Part shown: in pieces, positions 44,546 to 53,856 of the stretch | How positions within the stretch are numbered: the first letter of the stretch is position 1 | How the letters are laid out: each line of letters starts with the position of its first letter | Source of the DNA: a virus | Reading direction: 5' to 3' (one strand) | DNA length: 64,000 nucleotides | Virus record (IMG/VR): IMGVR_UViG_3300048592_000616 | Location: 1-64,000 of that record | Translations under genes and position numbers: made by a program | Notes under the pieces: generated by a model | Told to the model about the DNA's origin: nothing | Databases searched by the model: none | Seen by the model: only the letters and a program-made list of their open reading frames with translations

Positions 44546-46873
44546 ATGAGTAGCAAGCAGAAGTTTCGCGAAGTCGTCGATGACGGCGTTTCGCTGCTTG
44601 AACAGACGGCCGATCGGCCGGGCCGACGCATTCGGGCTATCGGCGCGGTCGCGGACGTCGTCAACCGTAACGGGCGGCGCTATTCCTCAAGTGTACTCCG
44701 GGAGGCGGTCGAGCGGGCGCAAGCCAAGCTGAGCCGCTCCCTCGGTCACGGGAATGCACTCCTCGGTGAGGCCGACCATCCGCAAGACAACCGGCCGCGT
44801 GTACTGCTGACTGTGGTGAAGTGGGAGGACATTCAGTTCAACGAGACGACCCGTCAAGTTGAACTGGAGGGCCGTCTCATCGAGTCCAGCGCAGGCCGCG
44901 ATCTCTTGGCTTTGATGGATGCGGAGCTTTACCCCGGCGTGTCGCTGCGCGGCTACGGGACCAGTGACTGGGTAGACGGGGACGACGGCGCGCTCGTCGA
45001 GGAAGTGACTTGGCTGGAGTTGACCGGGTTTGACCTGGTCTTCGAGCAGAGTTTCCCCGAGGCGGCCGTGACGGTCCTGGAGCAGTCCGAAGAGAAAAAC
45101 CAAGACGAGATCGAGGAAGGGGAGTCCAACATGGAAAAGAATGTGCAAGACCCGGTGGCCGAGCAGGCCGCCGCAGTTCCGGTCGTTCAGGATACGGAAC
45201 TGGCTCGGAAGATGACCGAGACGATGGAAAAGGCCCAGGCGGCCGAGAAGGCCCAGGCTGACGCTGAGAAGGCGCTGGCTGAGGCGAAGGCCCGCGAGGC
45301 CAAGCTGGCCGAGGAGAAGGCGGCGCTGGAAGCGGTGCGCGCTGAACTGGAGAAGGCGCAGCGCGAGCGCGAGATCGCCGAGGCGATCACCGAGGCCACG
45401 GCCAAGCTGCCGTATAGCCAGGCCATTAACGGCCGACTGACCGAAGCGGTGAAGGCCGCGCAGCCGCAGACGGCCGAGGCCGTGGCGGCCCTGGTCGAGG
45501 CCAAGCGCGCCGAGTACGACGCTATCGTCGCCGCGGCCCGCGTGACGGCGCAGGGCGGCATCGCCGTTCTGGGTCCGGTGTTTGAGCGCGAGACGGGTCA
45601 GCCGGAGTTCGCTGTGCCCGCCTACCAGCTGCAGGAGCAGATGGTCGCCCGCGGCCGTGCTGCCAAGCGCAACCTGGCGCAGGATGCGACGCGCGGCGGC
45701 CTGATGGCCCGCCAGATGCTGGAGTCGTTCGACAAGGCGTACCGCACGCAGTTGATCCAGGAGTCCAATGACCTGCGCCAGTGGCAGGAAGCGGAGTCCA
45801 CGACCGATCTGAACCTGCCCTACTCGGTGATGCGGACCATCATCCCCGAGGTGTACGCCGAACTGGTGGCCGCCAACGTCTTCGACGTGGCCACCATCGA
45901 GAACAGCCCGGCGCGGCTGTACTTCGAGAACTACGCCGCCGAGTCCGGCGCGGCCCCGGCCATCGTGGACGAGGTTGTGACGGCCGCTTTGGGTGGCTGG
46001 GTTGCCCTGGCCAACAAGCGCATTCGCCCCGGCACGGTGGTCCTGACCAACTCCGGCGCGACGGTGACCTACGTCGAGAACACCGACTACGTGGTGGACT
46101 ACGCCAACGGCCGTCTGTACGCGCTGACCGGCGGGGCCATCACCAACTCGCAGTCGCTGAAGATCGACTACACCTACGAGAAGGTGCGCGGCGGCGAGGG
46201 CGCGGGCATCCAGCGCGGCAAGGGCCAACTGTCCTTCCAGACCATCGAGACGGCCGCCGACCGGCTGGCCGCTCTGGTCAACGACGAGGCGATGACCTTC
46301 GCCCGAACGCAGCTGGGCTGGGACGCGATGACGCGGACCATGGCGATGCTGACCCGCGAAATTCGCGAGTACATCGACCAGGGCATGATCCGTCTGGCCG
46401 TGGCCAACGCCATTGTCTCCGGCAACTCCGGCGGCACGTGGACGGCCTCGGGCGCGGACTACGGCGATCTGGTCGAGAAGCTGGGCACGGCCAAGGTGGC
46501 GGTCGAGAACGACTTCTACATGCCCGCCTACTTCCTGATGAGCAAGACCAACGCCGACCGCCTGTCCAACTGGACCGGCCTGACCCGCGACGGTTTCCCC
46601 GACGCGGTGCTGGGCGCGGCCGGTTTCGCCAACATGCAGATCAAGGGCCTGCCGGTGTTCTCCAGCGTCCACATGCCGGACAGCGTGATCGTTGTCGGCC
46701 ACCCGGAACTGGTGCAGCACCGCGTGCTGGCCTCCAAGCCGCTGCATCTGGAAGGTCCGTTCCAGGGCTATTCCAGCGGCAACGTGACCGCGGCCAAGGA
46801 ATGGTACGCGGAAGAGTACAACGCCACCGTGAGCCTGATCCCCAACAAGGGCGGGTTCGTCAAGGTCGCGTAG
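44546..46873 (+). CDS. Prohead protease-scaffold-major capsid fusion protein
   Basis: NRNGRRY, GEADHP, GVSLRGYG and GFDLV (T4 gp21-like protease), A/E/K coiled coil, then an HK97-like capsid region. Confidence 0.85.
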   Translation: MSSKQKFREVVDDGVSLLEQTADRPGRRIRAIGAVADVVNRNGRRYSSSVLREAVERAQAKLSRSLGHGNALLGEADHPQDNRPRVLLTVVKWEDIQFNETTRQVELEGRLIESSAGRDLLALMDAELYPGVSLRGYGTSDWVDGDDGALVEEVTWLELTGFDLVFEQSFPEAAVTVLEQSEEKNQDEIEEGESNMEKNVQDPVAEQAAAVPVVQDTELARKMTETMEKAQAAEKAQADAEKALAEAKAREAKLAEEKAALEAVRAELEKAQREREIAEAITEATAKLPYSQAINGRLTEAVKAAQPQTAEAVAALVEAKRAEYDAIVAAARVTAQGGIAVLGPVFERETGQPEFAVPAYQLQEQMVARGRAAKRNLAQDATRGGLMARQMLESFDKAYRTQLIQESNDLRQWQEAESTTDLNLPYSVMRTIIPEVYAELVAANVFDVATIENSPARLYFENYAAESGAAPAIVDEVVTAALGGWVALANKRIRPGTVVLTNSGATVTYVENTDYVVDYANGRLYALTGGAITNSQSLKIDYTYEKVRGGEGAGIQRGKGQLSFQTIETAADRLAALVNDEAMTFARTQLGWDAMTRTMAMLTREIREYIDQGMIRLAVANAIVSGNSGGTWTASGADYGDLVEKLGTAKVAVENDFYMPAYFLMSKTNADRLSNWTGLTRDGFPDAVLGAAGFANMQIKGLPVFSSVHMPDSVIVVGHPELVQHRVLASKPLHLEGPFQGYSSGNVTAAKEWYAEEYNATVSLIPNKGGFVKVA

Positions 46874-46949
46874 TCTCGCCTCTGACATCTGATCGCCCGG
46901 CGGCCGGTTGCACACCGATCGGCCGCCGGGTTTGGAGAGTCCAACCACC

Positions 46950-47360
46950 ATGCAATATGTGACCGTAACCAACCCGACCGATGGCCTGCTGATGCTGGCC
47001 GGGGCGTATCTGTTCCCCGGCGAGTCGCGGGCGGTGCATCCGGCGCTGGCCGCGCAGGCCCTCGCCGACAGCCCCGCCCTGGTCATCGTGGACGCGGAAC
47101 CATCTCTGGCTGGGGAGCCGGAAGACACTGACGGCGACAAGACGGCCGATGACAAGACGACCGACGACGAGACGGCCGACGACGAGACGGCCGACGACGA
47201 GACGGCCGACGACGAGACGGCCGACGAGAACGCGCCGGAGTTGACGGCGCTGGCGTCGCTGTCGAAGGCGGAGCTGGTCGTGCTGGCCGAGGAAAAGGGT
47301 CTCGAGGTCGGCCGGGCCACGAAGTCGGAGATCATCGAACTGATCGAAGCGGCCGAGTAA
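46950..47360 (+). CDS. Acidic virion-associated protein with C-terminal HeH/Rho-N-like motif
   Basis: DDETA repeats; LSKAELVVLAEEKGL...TKSEIIELI. Confidence 0.65.
   Translation: MQYVTVTNPTDGLLMLAGAYLFPGESRAVHPALAAQALADSPALVIVDAEPSLAGEPEDTDGDKTADDKTTDDETADDETADDETADDETADENAPELTALASLSKAELVVLAEEKGLEVGRATKSEIIELIEAAE
47136..47228 (+). repeat. 15-bp coding tandem repeat (gacgagacggccgac)
   Basis: About 6 units read directly. Confidence 0.85.
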
Positions 47361-47372
47361 GCAGGTCTCTCT

Positions 47373-48026
47373 ATGACGACCCTGACGGCATTGACAGCGC
47401 AGTTGGCGGCGAGTGTCCCGGCGAAGGGCGGGGTGCCGACGACGGCGCAATACGAGCAGGCGATCAAGGATGCGGCGGCCGATCTGGGCCGCCGCTGTCC
47501 GCGTCGGCTGGTCGGCGTGCTGTCCGTTGTGCCCGGCACGGCGACGTATGCCCTACCGGCCGGGTTCCGCAAGATGATCCGGCTCGACCGCCTGACGGGC
47601 GGCACGGTCCGGCGCGACGCCTCCGGGATGCTGGTGCCGTTCTCGATGTCCTTCACCGAGGATACGGTGATCGACAACGGGCAGATCACGTTCTTCCCGA
47701 CGCCGCAATACACGCTGGATCGCCAGTTCATCTACATGGCCGGGTTCCCGTATGACGGCGGCAGCGACGCCTTTCTCGGCCTGCCCGACGACTACGAGGG
47801 CGCGCTGATGCTCAAGGCGCAGGCGGTGCTGCTGCGGCAGATGGGCAACGGCTCGGCCGGTGGCTTCGCCTACCAGATCGGCGACGTGCGGGTGGACAAG
47901 AAGGACGCGGGGTCGTCCTACAGCACCCAGGCGGCGACGGCCGAGGATGCGTACCTGGCGGCCGTGGCGGCCATCAACGGCAAGGTCGGCGTGCGCGGCG
48001 ACTACCGGCCCGAGGAGTACCTATGA
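47373..48026 (+). CDS. Head-tail adaptor
   Basis: GTATYALP, FFPTP, YQIGDVRV; position after the capsid gene. Confidence 0.6.
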   Translation: MTTLTALTAQLAASVPAKGGVPTTAQYEQAIKDAAADLGRRCPRRLVGVLSVVPGTATYALPAGFRKMIRLDRLTGGTVRRDASGMLVPFSMSFTEDTVIDNGQITFFPTPQYTLDRQFIYMAGFPYDGGSDAFLGLPDDYEGALMLKAQAVLLRQMGNGSAGGFAYQIGDVRVDKKDAGSSYSTQAATAEDAYLAAVAAINGKVGVRGDYRPEEYL

Positions 48027-48346
48027 CGCTGACGGCGCAGGACCTGGCGACCATTGCCGACGATGTGGCCGCCATCGTCGATGAGTACGGCTTCATGGCC
48101 GTCTCGCGGCGCGGCGGGGTGACGATGCCCGCCCAGAAGGTGCGCGTGGCACTCTCCGGCCCCGGCGGCCGCAAGGAGGGCGCGTACACCCAGCAGGCGA
48201 TGGCCCAGGCGACCATTGTCGGCGCGGCCGGTCTGGACATTCAGGTGGACGACGTCTGGCTGATCAACGACGCGCGCTATCGGGTGGTATTGGTCCACCC
48301 GGATCGGCGCGCCTTCGTCCAGGCGCAGGCGGAGCTGGAGCAGTAG
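48023..48346 (+). CDS. Head closure protein
   Basis: LDIQVDD...RYRVV; size and position. Confidence 0.6.
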   Translation: MTLTAQDLATIADDVAAIVDEYGFMAVSRRGGVTMPAQKVRVALSGPGGRKEGAYTQQAMAQATIVGAAGLDIQVDDVWLINDARYRVVLVHPDRRAFVQAQAELEQ

Positions 48347-48348
48347 CA

Positions 48349-49749
48349 ATGGCGAGCATGCTGGATCGCATTCGCAAGGTGCTGGTCAGTGGCGAGTCGG
48401 TCCCGCCCAACACCAGCCGGGAGATCAGCCCGCCCCACCGGCCGTCGTCGCTCTACGAGCAGTTCGCGGCGGCGCAGGGCCGCACGGCCGTGATCCGCGA
48501 GTGCCGCGAGATGTACCAGACCGACCCGCGCGCCAAGGCGGCGCTGACGGCCCTGGCGCGGGATGTGGTCAATAGCGGCTTCGGCATCACCGTGACCGAA
48601 GGCCCGCGCGCCGAAGAGGCGCAGCAGATAGCCATCGACACGATCCGTCGCCTGCGACTGGAGCGGGAGCTGGCCCGGTGGATACGGATGACGGCCAAGG
48701 AGGGCGATACGTATCTGGAGTTGGGCATCAGCCGCGACGCGGAGATCGTCGAGATCACGCGCAAGCCGACGCTGCAGATGGTCCGTCTTAGTGATGAGTT
48801 CGACCGCTTCCCTGACCCGCTGCAGGCGTTCGCCTGGGGCGACACGATGACTATCGCCGTCGGCCGTGTGCCCGACGATGCCGTTGTGTTCCCGCAGTTT
48901 CTCATCGTCCACGCCCGCTGGGACCATGACACCAACAGCCGCTACGGGTCGCCGGAATTCGAGTCAGCGCTGGGCGCGTGGAAGCGGGTGCGCGAGGGCG
49001 AGCGGGACGTGGCCGTGCGCCGCAAGACGCGGGCCGGGGTGCGTTACCAGCACTCGCTCATCGGCGCGTCACTTGAAGAGGTGGAAGCCTACAAGGAAGC
49101 GAACCGCGACGTGCTGGACGCGCCGTTCGCGGCCGTGGCCGACTATTTCAACAATTTCGACGGCGGCATTAAGGTCATCGAGGGTGACGCCCGGCTGGGG
49201 GAGATGGGCGACATCGAGCACCATTTGCAGACGTGGTCGGCCGCGTCGTCGGTGCCGCTGGAGCTGCTGGCCTACGGCGCGAGTTTGAACCGCGACGTGC
49301 TCGGCGACAAGCGCGAGCAGTACGCCGAAACCCTGGCGCAAATACGCGAGTGGGCAGCCGATGAACTCATTCTGCCGATCATCGAGCGGCAATGGCTGCT
49401 GGCGGGCATTCTGCCGGAGAGCTACACGTACAGCGTCAACTGGCCGCAGAAGGACACCATGACGCCGGAACAGTGGAAGGCGCTGGCCGAGGCGACGCAG
49501 GCGATGCTGTTCTCCGGTTGGTCATGGGAGGCCATCTGGGCCGCCGTCTCGCGGTATCTGCCGCCGACGATGACCCTGGAGGCCCTGCGCGGCGAGTTGC
49601 CGGCCACCCCCGCCCCTGATGCCGACCCGGCCGATGATGACGCGGCCGACATAGAAGCGACGGCCGAGGCGATGCGGCTGGCTCACCGGGACACGACCGA
49701 TGCGGTCAACGCGCTTGTGACGCGGCTGGGGGAGGCGTTCGGTGTTTAA
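48349..49749 (+). CDS. Portal protein
   Basis: KEGDTYLE, IVHAR...YGSP, VPLELL; 466 aa; precedes the Mu gpF-like gene. Confidence 0.8.
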   Translation: MASMLDRIRKVLVSGESVPPNTSREISPPHRPSSLYEQFAAAQGRTAVIRECREMYQTDPRAKAALTALARDVVNSGFGITVTEGPRAEEAQQIAIDTIRRLRLERELARWIRMTAKEGDTYLELGISRDAEIVEITRKPTLQMVRLSDEFDRFPDPLQAFAWGDTMTIAVGRVPDDAVVFPQFLIVHARWDHDTNSRYGSPEFESALGAWKRVREGERDVAVRRKTRAGVRYQHSLIGASLEEVEAYKEANRDVLDAPFAAVADYFNNFDGGIKVIEGDARLGEMGDIEHHLQTWSAASSVPLELLAYGASLNRDVLGDKREQYAETLAQIREWAADELILPIIERQWLLAGILPESYTYSVNWPQKDTMTPEQWKALAEATQAMLFSGWSWEAIWAAVSRYLPPTMTLEALRGELPATPAPDADPADDDAADIEATAEAMRLAHRDTTDAVNALVTRLGEAFGV

Positions 49750-50734
49750 CACGGCCGTCAGCCCCATCTCTGCCCACGGCGGCCCGGCCACGCGCCGGGC
49801 GCTGGCGCTGTATCTCGAGGATGCGGCCGCTGTGGAGCGTCGTCTGGCGGTGGACGCGGTGTTGCCGCGCTTCGAGAAGCAGGTTGCCCGATGGTTCATG
49901 GCCCAGGGCCGGACCGTCGTCAAGGCGCTGTCTACGATGGCCGACCGCTTTGACCGCAACGCGGCCGAGGTGGCCGCCATGCGCGGTGTCCTCGACGAGC
50001 AGGCCGGGTCAGACGTTCGGCCGCTACGGGAGGACCTGAGTCCGGCCGAGTGGGAGTTCCTGCTGGCGCAAGCGATGTTCGAGGACTATCCCGACTGGCT
50101 GGCCTGGCCGGACAACACGCAGCCCCCGCCCGGCAGCCCATCGGCGCTGAGCGCCATTCTGGTGGGCTTCATGGCCGCCGCGTTTTTGTCGGGGGCGGAG
50201 TCGGTAGTCATCGGCTCGCCGATAGCGCAGATCGACACGCGGTTTGGCTTCGGCTCGGACGACGCGCAGGCGTACGCCCGCAACCGGGCGGCCGCGCGGG
50301 TGACGGGCATTAACGAGACGACGCGGGCTGAGCTGAACCGGATGATCGCCACGGCCGTTCGCGAGGGCGCGGACTGGAAGAAGCTGGGCAAGCAGATCGA
50401 GGGTAAGTTCGCCGACTTCGCCGGGCCGCCGCTGTTCCCGTCCAAAAAGTTCCGCAGCCGCGCCCAGGCCGTCGCCGCCTACGAGATCGGCGACGCCTAC
50501 GAGGGTGGCCAGTGGGCGCGCATTGAACGGCAGCGCGCCCTGGGCGATGCGTTCGAGAAGAAGTGGCTTAATGCCGGGGACGGCAAGGTTCGCCCGGCGC
50601 ATGTGGTCAACGGCCGGGCCGACTGGGTGCCGATGGACAACGCCTTTCCGGGCGACGGGGCCATGCGGCCGCCGACGGACCCCGGATGCCGCTGTACGCT
50701 GATCTGGCGACGGGTGGTCGCCGGGGCGGGGTAA
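49742..50734 (+). CDS. Minor head protein (Mu gpF/SPP1 gp7-like)
   Basis: INETTR, KKWLNAGDGKVRPAH, DPGCRC. Confidence 0.85.
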   Translation: MFNTAVSPISAHGGPATRRALALYLEDAAAVERRLAVDAVLPRFEKQVARWFMAQGRTVVKALSTMADRFDRNAAEVAAMRGVLDEQAGSDVRPLREDLSPAEWEFLLAQAMFEDYPDWLAWPDNTQPPPGSPSALSAILVGFMAAAFLSGAESVVIGSPIAQIDTRFGFGSDDAQAYARNRAAARVTGINETTRAELNRMIATAVREGADWKKLGKQIEGKFADFAGPPLFPSKKFRSRAQAVAAYEIGDAYEGGQWARIERQRALGDAFEKKWLNAGDGKVRPAHVVNGRADWVPMDNAFPGDGAMRPPTDPGCRCTLIWRRVVAGAG

Positions 50735-50736
50735 CG

Positions 50737-50967
50737 ATGTCGGTGACGATCATGATCGACGACCAGTACGCAACTGTTCACCGCCTGGAGTGGTCCGGCC
50801 CGCCGATACTGCGGGCGCTGTTGCAGGCTACGACGGCCGACGCCGGATGCTTTGAGGGCCGCAGCGACGCCGACCGCGCCGCGGCCGATGATGCGGTGCT
50901 GTACTTCCAGACGATGGGCTTTGAGGCGTCGGTCGTCACCGAGGAGGACATCCCGTGGCTAAATTAG
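50737..50967 (+). CDS. Hypothetical protein
   Basis: Small gap-filling ORF. Confidence 0.5.
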   Translation: MSVTIMIDDQYATVHRLEWSGPPILRALLQATTADAGCFEGRSDADRAAADDAVLYFQTMGFEASVVTEEDIPWLN

Positions 50968-51347
50968 GCAACGGTGGCGTAACCATCGAGTGGACGAAGA
51001 CGCCGGAGATGGCGGCCGCGAAGGCGCGGCGCATCGGCGAGGCGATGAAGACCGGGGCCTACCGGGCGATGGTTGACATGGCGCGCGAGTCGGAAGCGTG
51101 GATGAAGGAGAACCGCTCCTGGAACGACATCACCGGCGATGCGCGCAAGGGTCTTATTGCCGCCGCGGACCGGATCGGGGACACGACGACGCTTCTGGTC
51201 ATGGGGCACCAGGTGAGTTACGGCATCTATCTGGAGAAGGCCCACGGCGGCCGGTATGCCGTCATCGTTCCGGCCGTTTACTGGACCATCCCGCGCTTGC
51301 AGGACAAGTTGGCGGGTGAGTTGCGGAGGGCGCTGGGTGGCATCTAA
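50955..51347 (+). CDS. HK97 gp10-like tail completion protein
   Basis: WNDITGDAR, VSYGIYLE, RYAVIVP. Confidence 0.75.
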   Translation: MAKLGNGGVTIEWTKTPEMAAAKARRIGEAMKTGAYRAMVDMARESEAWMKENRSWNDITGDARKGLIAAADRIGDTTTLLVMGHQVSYGIYLEKAHGGRYAVIVPAVYWTIPRLQDKLAGELRRALGGI

Positions 51348-51756
51348 CGCTGACCGGATCGCCGATGTGCTGCGGGCCGATGTGGACCTGACGGCGCTGC
51401 TGGACGGCGGGATACACCGCAAGTCGGAGATCACGCGCCAGAACGCGGCCGACGCCTTTGATGACTTCGGTCAGATCAAGGGGACGGCGCTGGTGAAGTC
51501 GGATGGGGAGTTCCCCGCTGGACCCGGCGGCCGGGCGGCCGTGGAGGGGGTCTCGGTCTATTTGTACCACCGGGACAACCTCGACCTGCTGGGAACGGCG
51601 CTGGAGCGGGTGCTCGCGCTGGTGGACCGGACGCAGATCGTCGGGGCCTTCTTCGAGGCCCGCACGTCGTATGTGTCCGGCGAGTTGGAAGACCAGGCGC
51701 TGGGCTGCCCGATGCGCCAGGTGCGGTTTGACGTCACGAAGTCAAGGTGGCGCTAA
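51337..51756 (+). CDS. Tail terminator protein
   Basis: LRADVDLTALLDGGI; position. Confidence 0.6.
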   Translation: MASNADRIADVLRADVDLTALLDGGIHRKSEITRQNAADAFDDFGQIKGTALVKSDGEFPAGPGGRAAVEGVSVYLYHRDNLDLLGTALERVLALVDRTQIVGAFFEARTSYVSGELEDQALGCPMRQVRFDVTKSRWR

Positions 51757-51770
51757 TTTTTGCCCGGCGC

Positions 51771-51786
51771 GGTTGCAGACGGTTGC
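51771..51786. promoter_or_regulatory. GGTTGC-N4-GGTTGC direct-repeat site
   Basis: Flanks also resemble 33370-33422. Confidence 0.6.
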
Positions 51787-51817
51787 GGCGGGTGAGTAGA
51801 GCGAACGGGAGAACGAT

Positions 51818-52153
51818 ATGGCAAGGACAGCGGTAACAGTGGAATTGATGCCCACGGCCGGGGGCGCGGCGACGTATACGGCCGCCAACGCTGACGGTCA
51901 CAAGGCGGTCTGGTCGAAGGACCTATTTTTGCACGTGAAGGCACCGCAGAACCGGGCGATCACCATCTTGACGCCGGGGATGGTCGATGGGTTGGCTATC
52001 GCCGACCGCGTCGCCACGCCGGTCCCGGTCGGGGGTGAGTTGTTCATCCCGCTGGGGCGGTCGGCGTATGTCCAGGCAGACGGCTACGTCTACTGGGACT
52101 ACGACGCGGTGACCTCGACGACGGTGGCTGTGCAGCGGCTGGGAGTCGGCTAA
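51818..52153 (+). CDS. Structural protein
   Basis: Beta-rich, VDGLAIADR; located in the tail cluster. Confidence 0.6.
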   Translation: MARTAVTVELMPTAGGAATYTAANADGHKAVWSKDLFLHVKAPQNRAITILTPGMVDGLAIADRVATPVPVGGELFIPLGRSAYVQADGYVYWDYDAVTSTTVAVQRLGVG

Positions 52154-52611
52154 TGGCTGGCAAGAAGCAAGACAAAGACACGGTGTTGGTGCGCGCGGCC
52201 GTGGGGCCGTGGGTCCGCATGGTCGGCGAGTACGAGTTTTCGGAGGCGACGGGCTGGGTGCAGGCGGTTGACCTGGAGACAGCGGCCAACCTGCTGACCT
52301 ACCCGACGCCGAACTACTTTCTGGCGGAGCGGCCGTCGGCAGCCATCCGGCAGCGGATCGCCGACATCCTGGGCATCGGGGTGGACAACATTGTCTGGCC
52401 CGCCGGGGGCGGTGAGGCCGAGACGAAGGCGGAGCCGCTTCTGCGAGACATCGTCGGTGAGCGTGAGGCCGAGTTCGCGGCGCTGGGAGTGACGTCGGTT
52501 CCCGCGCTGGCGGCGTTGGACGAGGAAGGGATCGAGCGGTTGGCGACCGGCAGCGGGGCCAGCCGGGAAGAGGTCAAGGGCTGGGTCGCGGAGGCGGCCG
52601 GTCAATTATAG
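52153..52611 (+). CDS. Hypothetical protein with HhH-like C-terminus
   Basis: VGEREAEFAALGVTSVPALA. Confidence 0.6.
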   Translation: MAGKKQDKDTVLVRAAVGPWVRMVGEYEFSEATGWVQAVDLETAANLLTYPTPNYFLAERPSAAIRQRIADILGIGVDNIVWPAGGGEAETKAEPLLRDIVGEREAEFAALGVTSVPALAALDEEGIERLATGSGASREEVKGWVAEAAGQL

Positions 52612-52650
52612 ACAGTCGCCACAGAGCGATGGGGAAAAGGGAGTTGAATC

Positions 52651-53181
52651 ATGGCAAATGCAGCGTACGGTAGTTTTGTGTTCGGTCTGCGTGACCTCAA
52701 GGTCACCAACCTGGCCGGGACCTTGCAGGAGGACCTGCTGGGCGGTCAGGAGTTGAGCTTCAAGCCGGAGTTCCGCGGCGGGGAGCAGTATGGCGATGAC
52801 CGTCTGTTGTCGGTCATCTCGTTCATCGTTGGCGGCACGGCCGATGTCACGGCCGGAGCGCTGTCCAGCGCGGCCATGGCGATCATGTTCGGCCGGACGT
52901 TGACCGTGGGCGGAACGTCGCCGAACGAGACCACGACGATGAAGCTGAGCGCGGGCGACAACATGCCCTACTTCAAGTTGTACGGCCAAAGCGTCAGCGA
53001 GAACGGGGACGGCCTGCATGTCCTGCTGGCGAAGTGCAAGGTGATGAGCGGTGGGGCGGTGGAGCTGCGCGAGAACGGCTTCTACTCCCCGTCGTTCTCC
53101 CTGCGCGTGGTGGACGACGGCACCAACGGCGTGGCCCGCATCATCCAGAACGAGACGGCGACGACGCTGCCGACCAGCTAG
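52651..53181 (+). CDS. Major tail (tube) protein
   Basis: FGLRDLKV, YGDD, PYFKLYG, LAKCK. Confidence 0.75.
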   Translation: MANAAYGSFVFGLRDLKVTNLAGTLQEDLLGGQELSFKPEFRGGEQYGDDRLLSVISFIVGGTADVTAGALSSAAMAIMFGRTLTVGGTSPNETTTMKLSAGDNMPYFKLYGQSVSENGDGLHVLLAKCKVMSGGAVELRENGFYSPSFSLRVVDDGTNGVARIIQNETATTLPTS

Positions 53182-53235
53182 TGTAACCGGACCCTGCGCC
53201 TGCGAGGGCGCGGGGTCGGGCCAAAGGGAGCATCT

Positions 53236-53688
53236 ATGTCCGAACGACTGGAAGCGGCCAGGGCGGCCCTGTTCAAGGAGATGGAGGTCCACTTCGGGTC
53301 GATCCTGATCCGGCAGGTGGACCTCCACGACCTGTTGCTGACGGGCGGCATCCCCGTGCCGCTCATCGCGGAGGTGGACGGCAAGTTCAAGGACCTGGCC
53401 GACGACGAGCAACGCCTGACGCCGGAGGCGATCCAGAAGGTCATGCCTTATCTGGATCGGGTGGTCATTGCGGCCGTCGTCGATCCACCGATCACCCAGC
53501 ACGGCGGCGAGGACAGCCTGCCGGTCAACGTCTTCTTCGCCACGGAGAAGCTCATCATTGCCGCCGCAGCGACGCCGGGGTCGTCGCTGGGACCTTTTCG
53601 TACGGGACAGCAAGAACCTGCTGGAACTGCACTGGCTGGCGACGACGTATCACCAGCGGCCGAGCCAGATACTGGGGATCACCAATAG
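53236..53688 (+). CDS. Tail assembly chaperone (G)
   Basis: Between the tube and tape measure genes; AVVDPP motif. Confidence 0.7.
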   Translation: MSERLEAARAALFKEMEVHFGSILIRQVDLHDLLLTGGIPVPLIAEVDGKFKDLADDEQRLTPEAIQKVMPYLDRVVIAAVVDPPITQHGGEDSLPVNVFFATEKLIIAAAATPGSSLGPFRTGQQEPAGTALAGDDVSPAAEPDTGDHQ

Positions 53689-53851
53689 CTGGGAGGCGTA
53701 CCAGTTGGACTATGTGACGCTCATCACCGCCCAACGCGCCGCCCAGGAGGCGCGGGAGACCCCGCCGTCCGTGGCCGACAAGCGGCCGGGCGAGACGCTG
53801 CCTGACGGCCGCAAAGTCGGCAGTTGGCGCATGTTGGCCGGAGGCGACTAA
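53597..53851 (+). CDS. Frameshifted chaperone extension (T)
   Basis: +1 frame FVRDSKNLLELHWLATTYHQRPSQILGI..AYQLD, beginning at CCT TTT CGT; no start codon of its own. Confidence 0.65.
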   Translation, partial: FVRDSKNLLELHWLATTYHQRPSQILGITNSWEAYQLDYVTLITAQRAAQEARETPPSVADKRPGETLPDGRKVGSWRMLAGGD

Positions 53852-53856
53852 CCACC

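Noticed and set aside
47136-47228. 15-bp repeat as a regulatory array
   Set aside because: In-frame acidic linker (DDETA) with near-identical units, consistent with slippage.
44687-47731. 1014-aa minus-strand ORF and other long antisense ORFs (e.g. 36323..37897, 24828..25967)
   Set aside because: Shadow ORFs of high-GC plus-strand genes, with no motifs or RBS.
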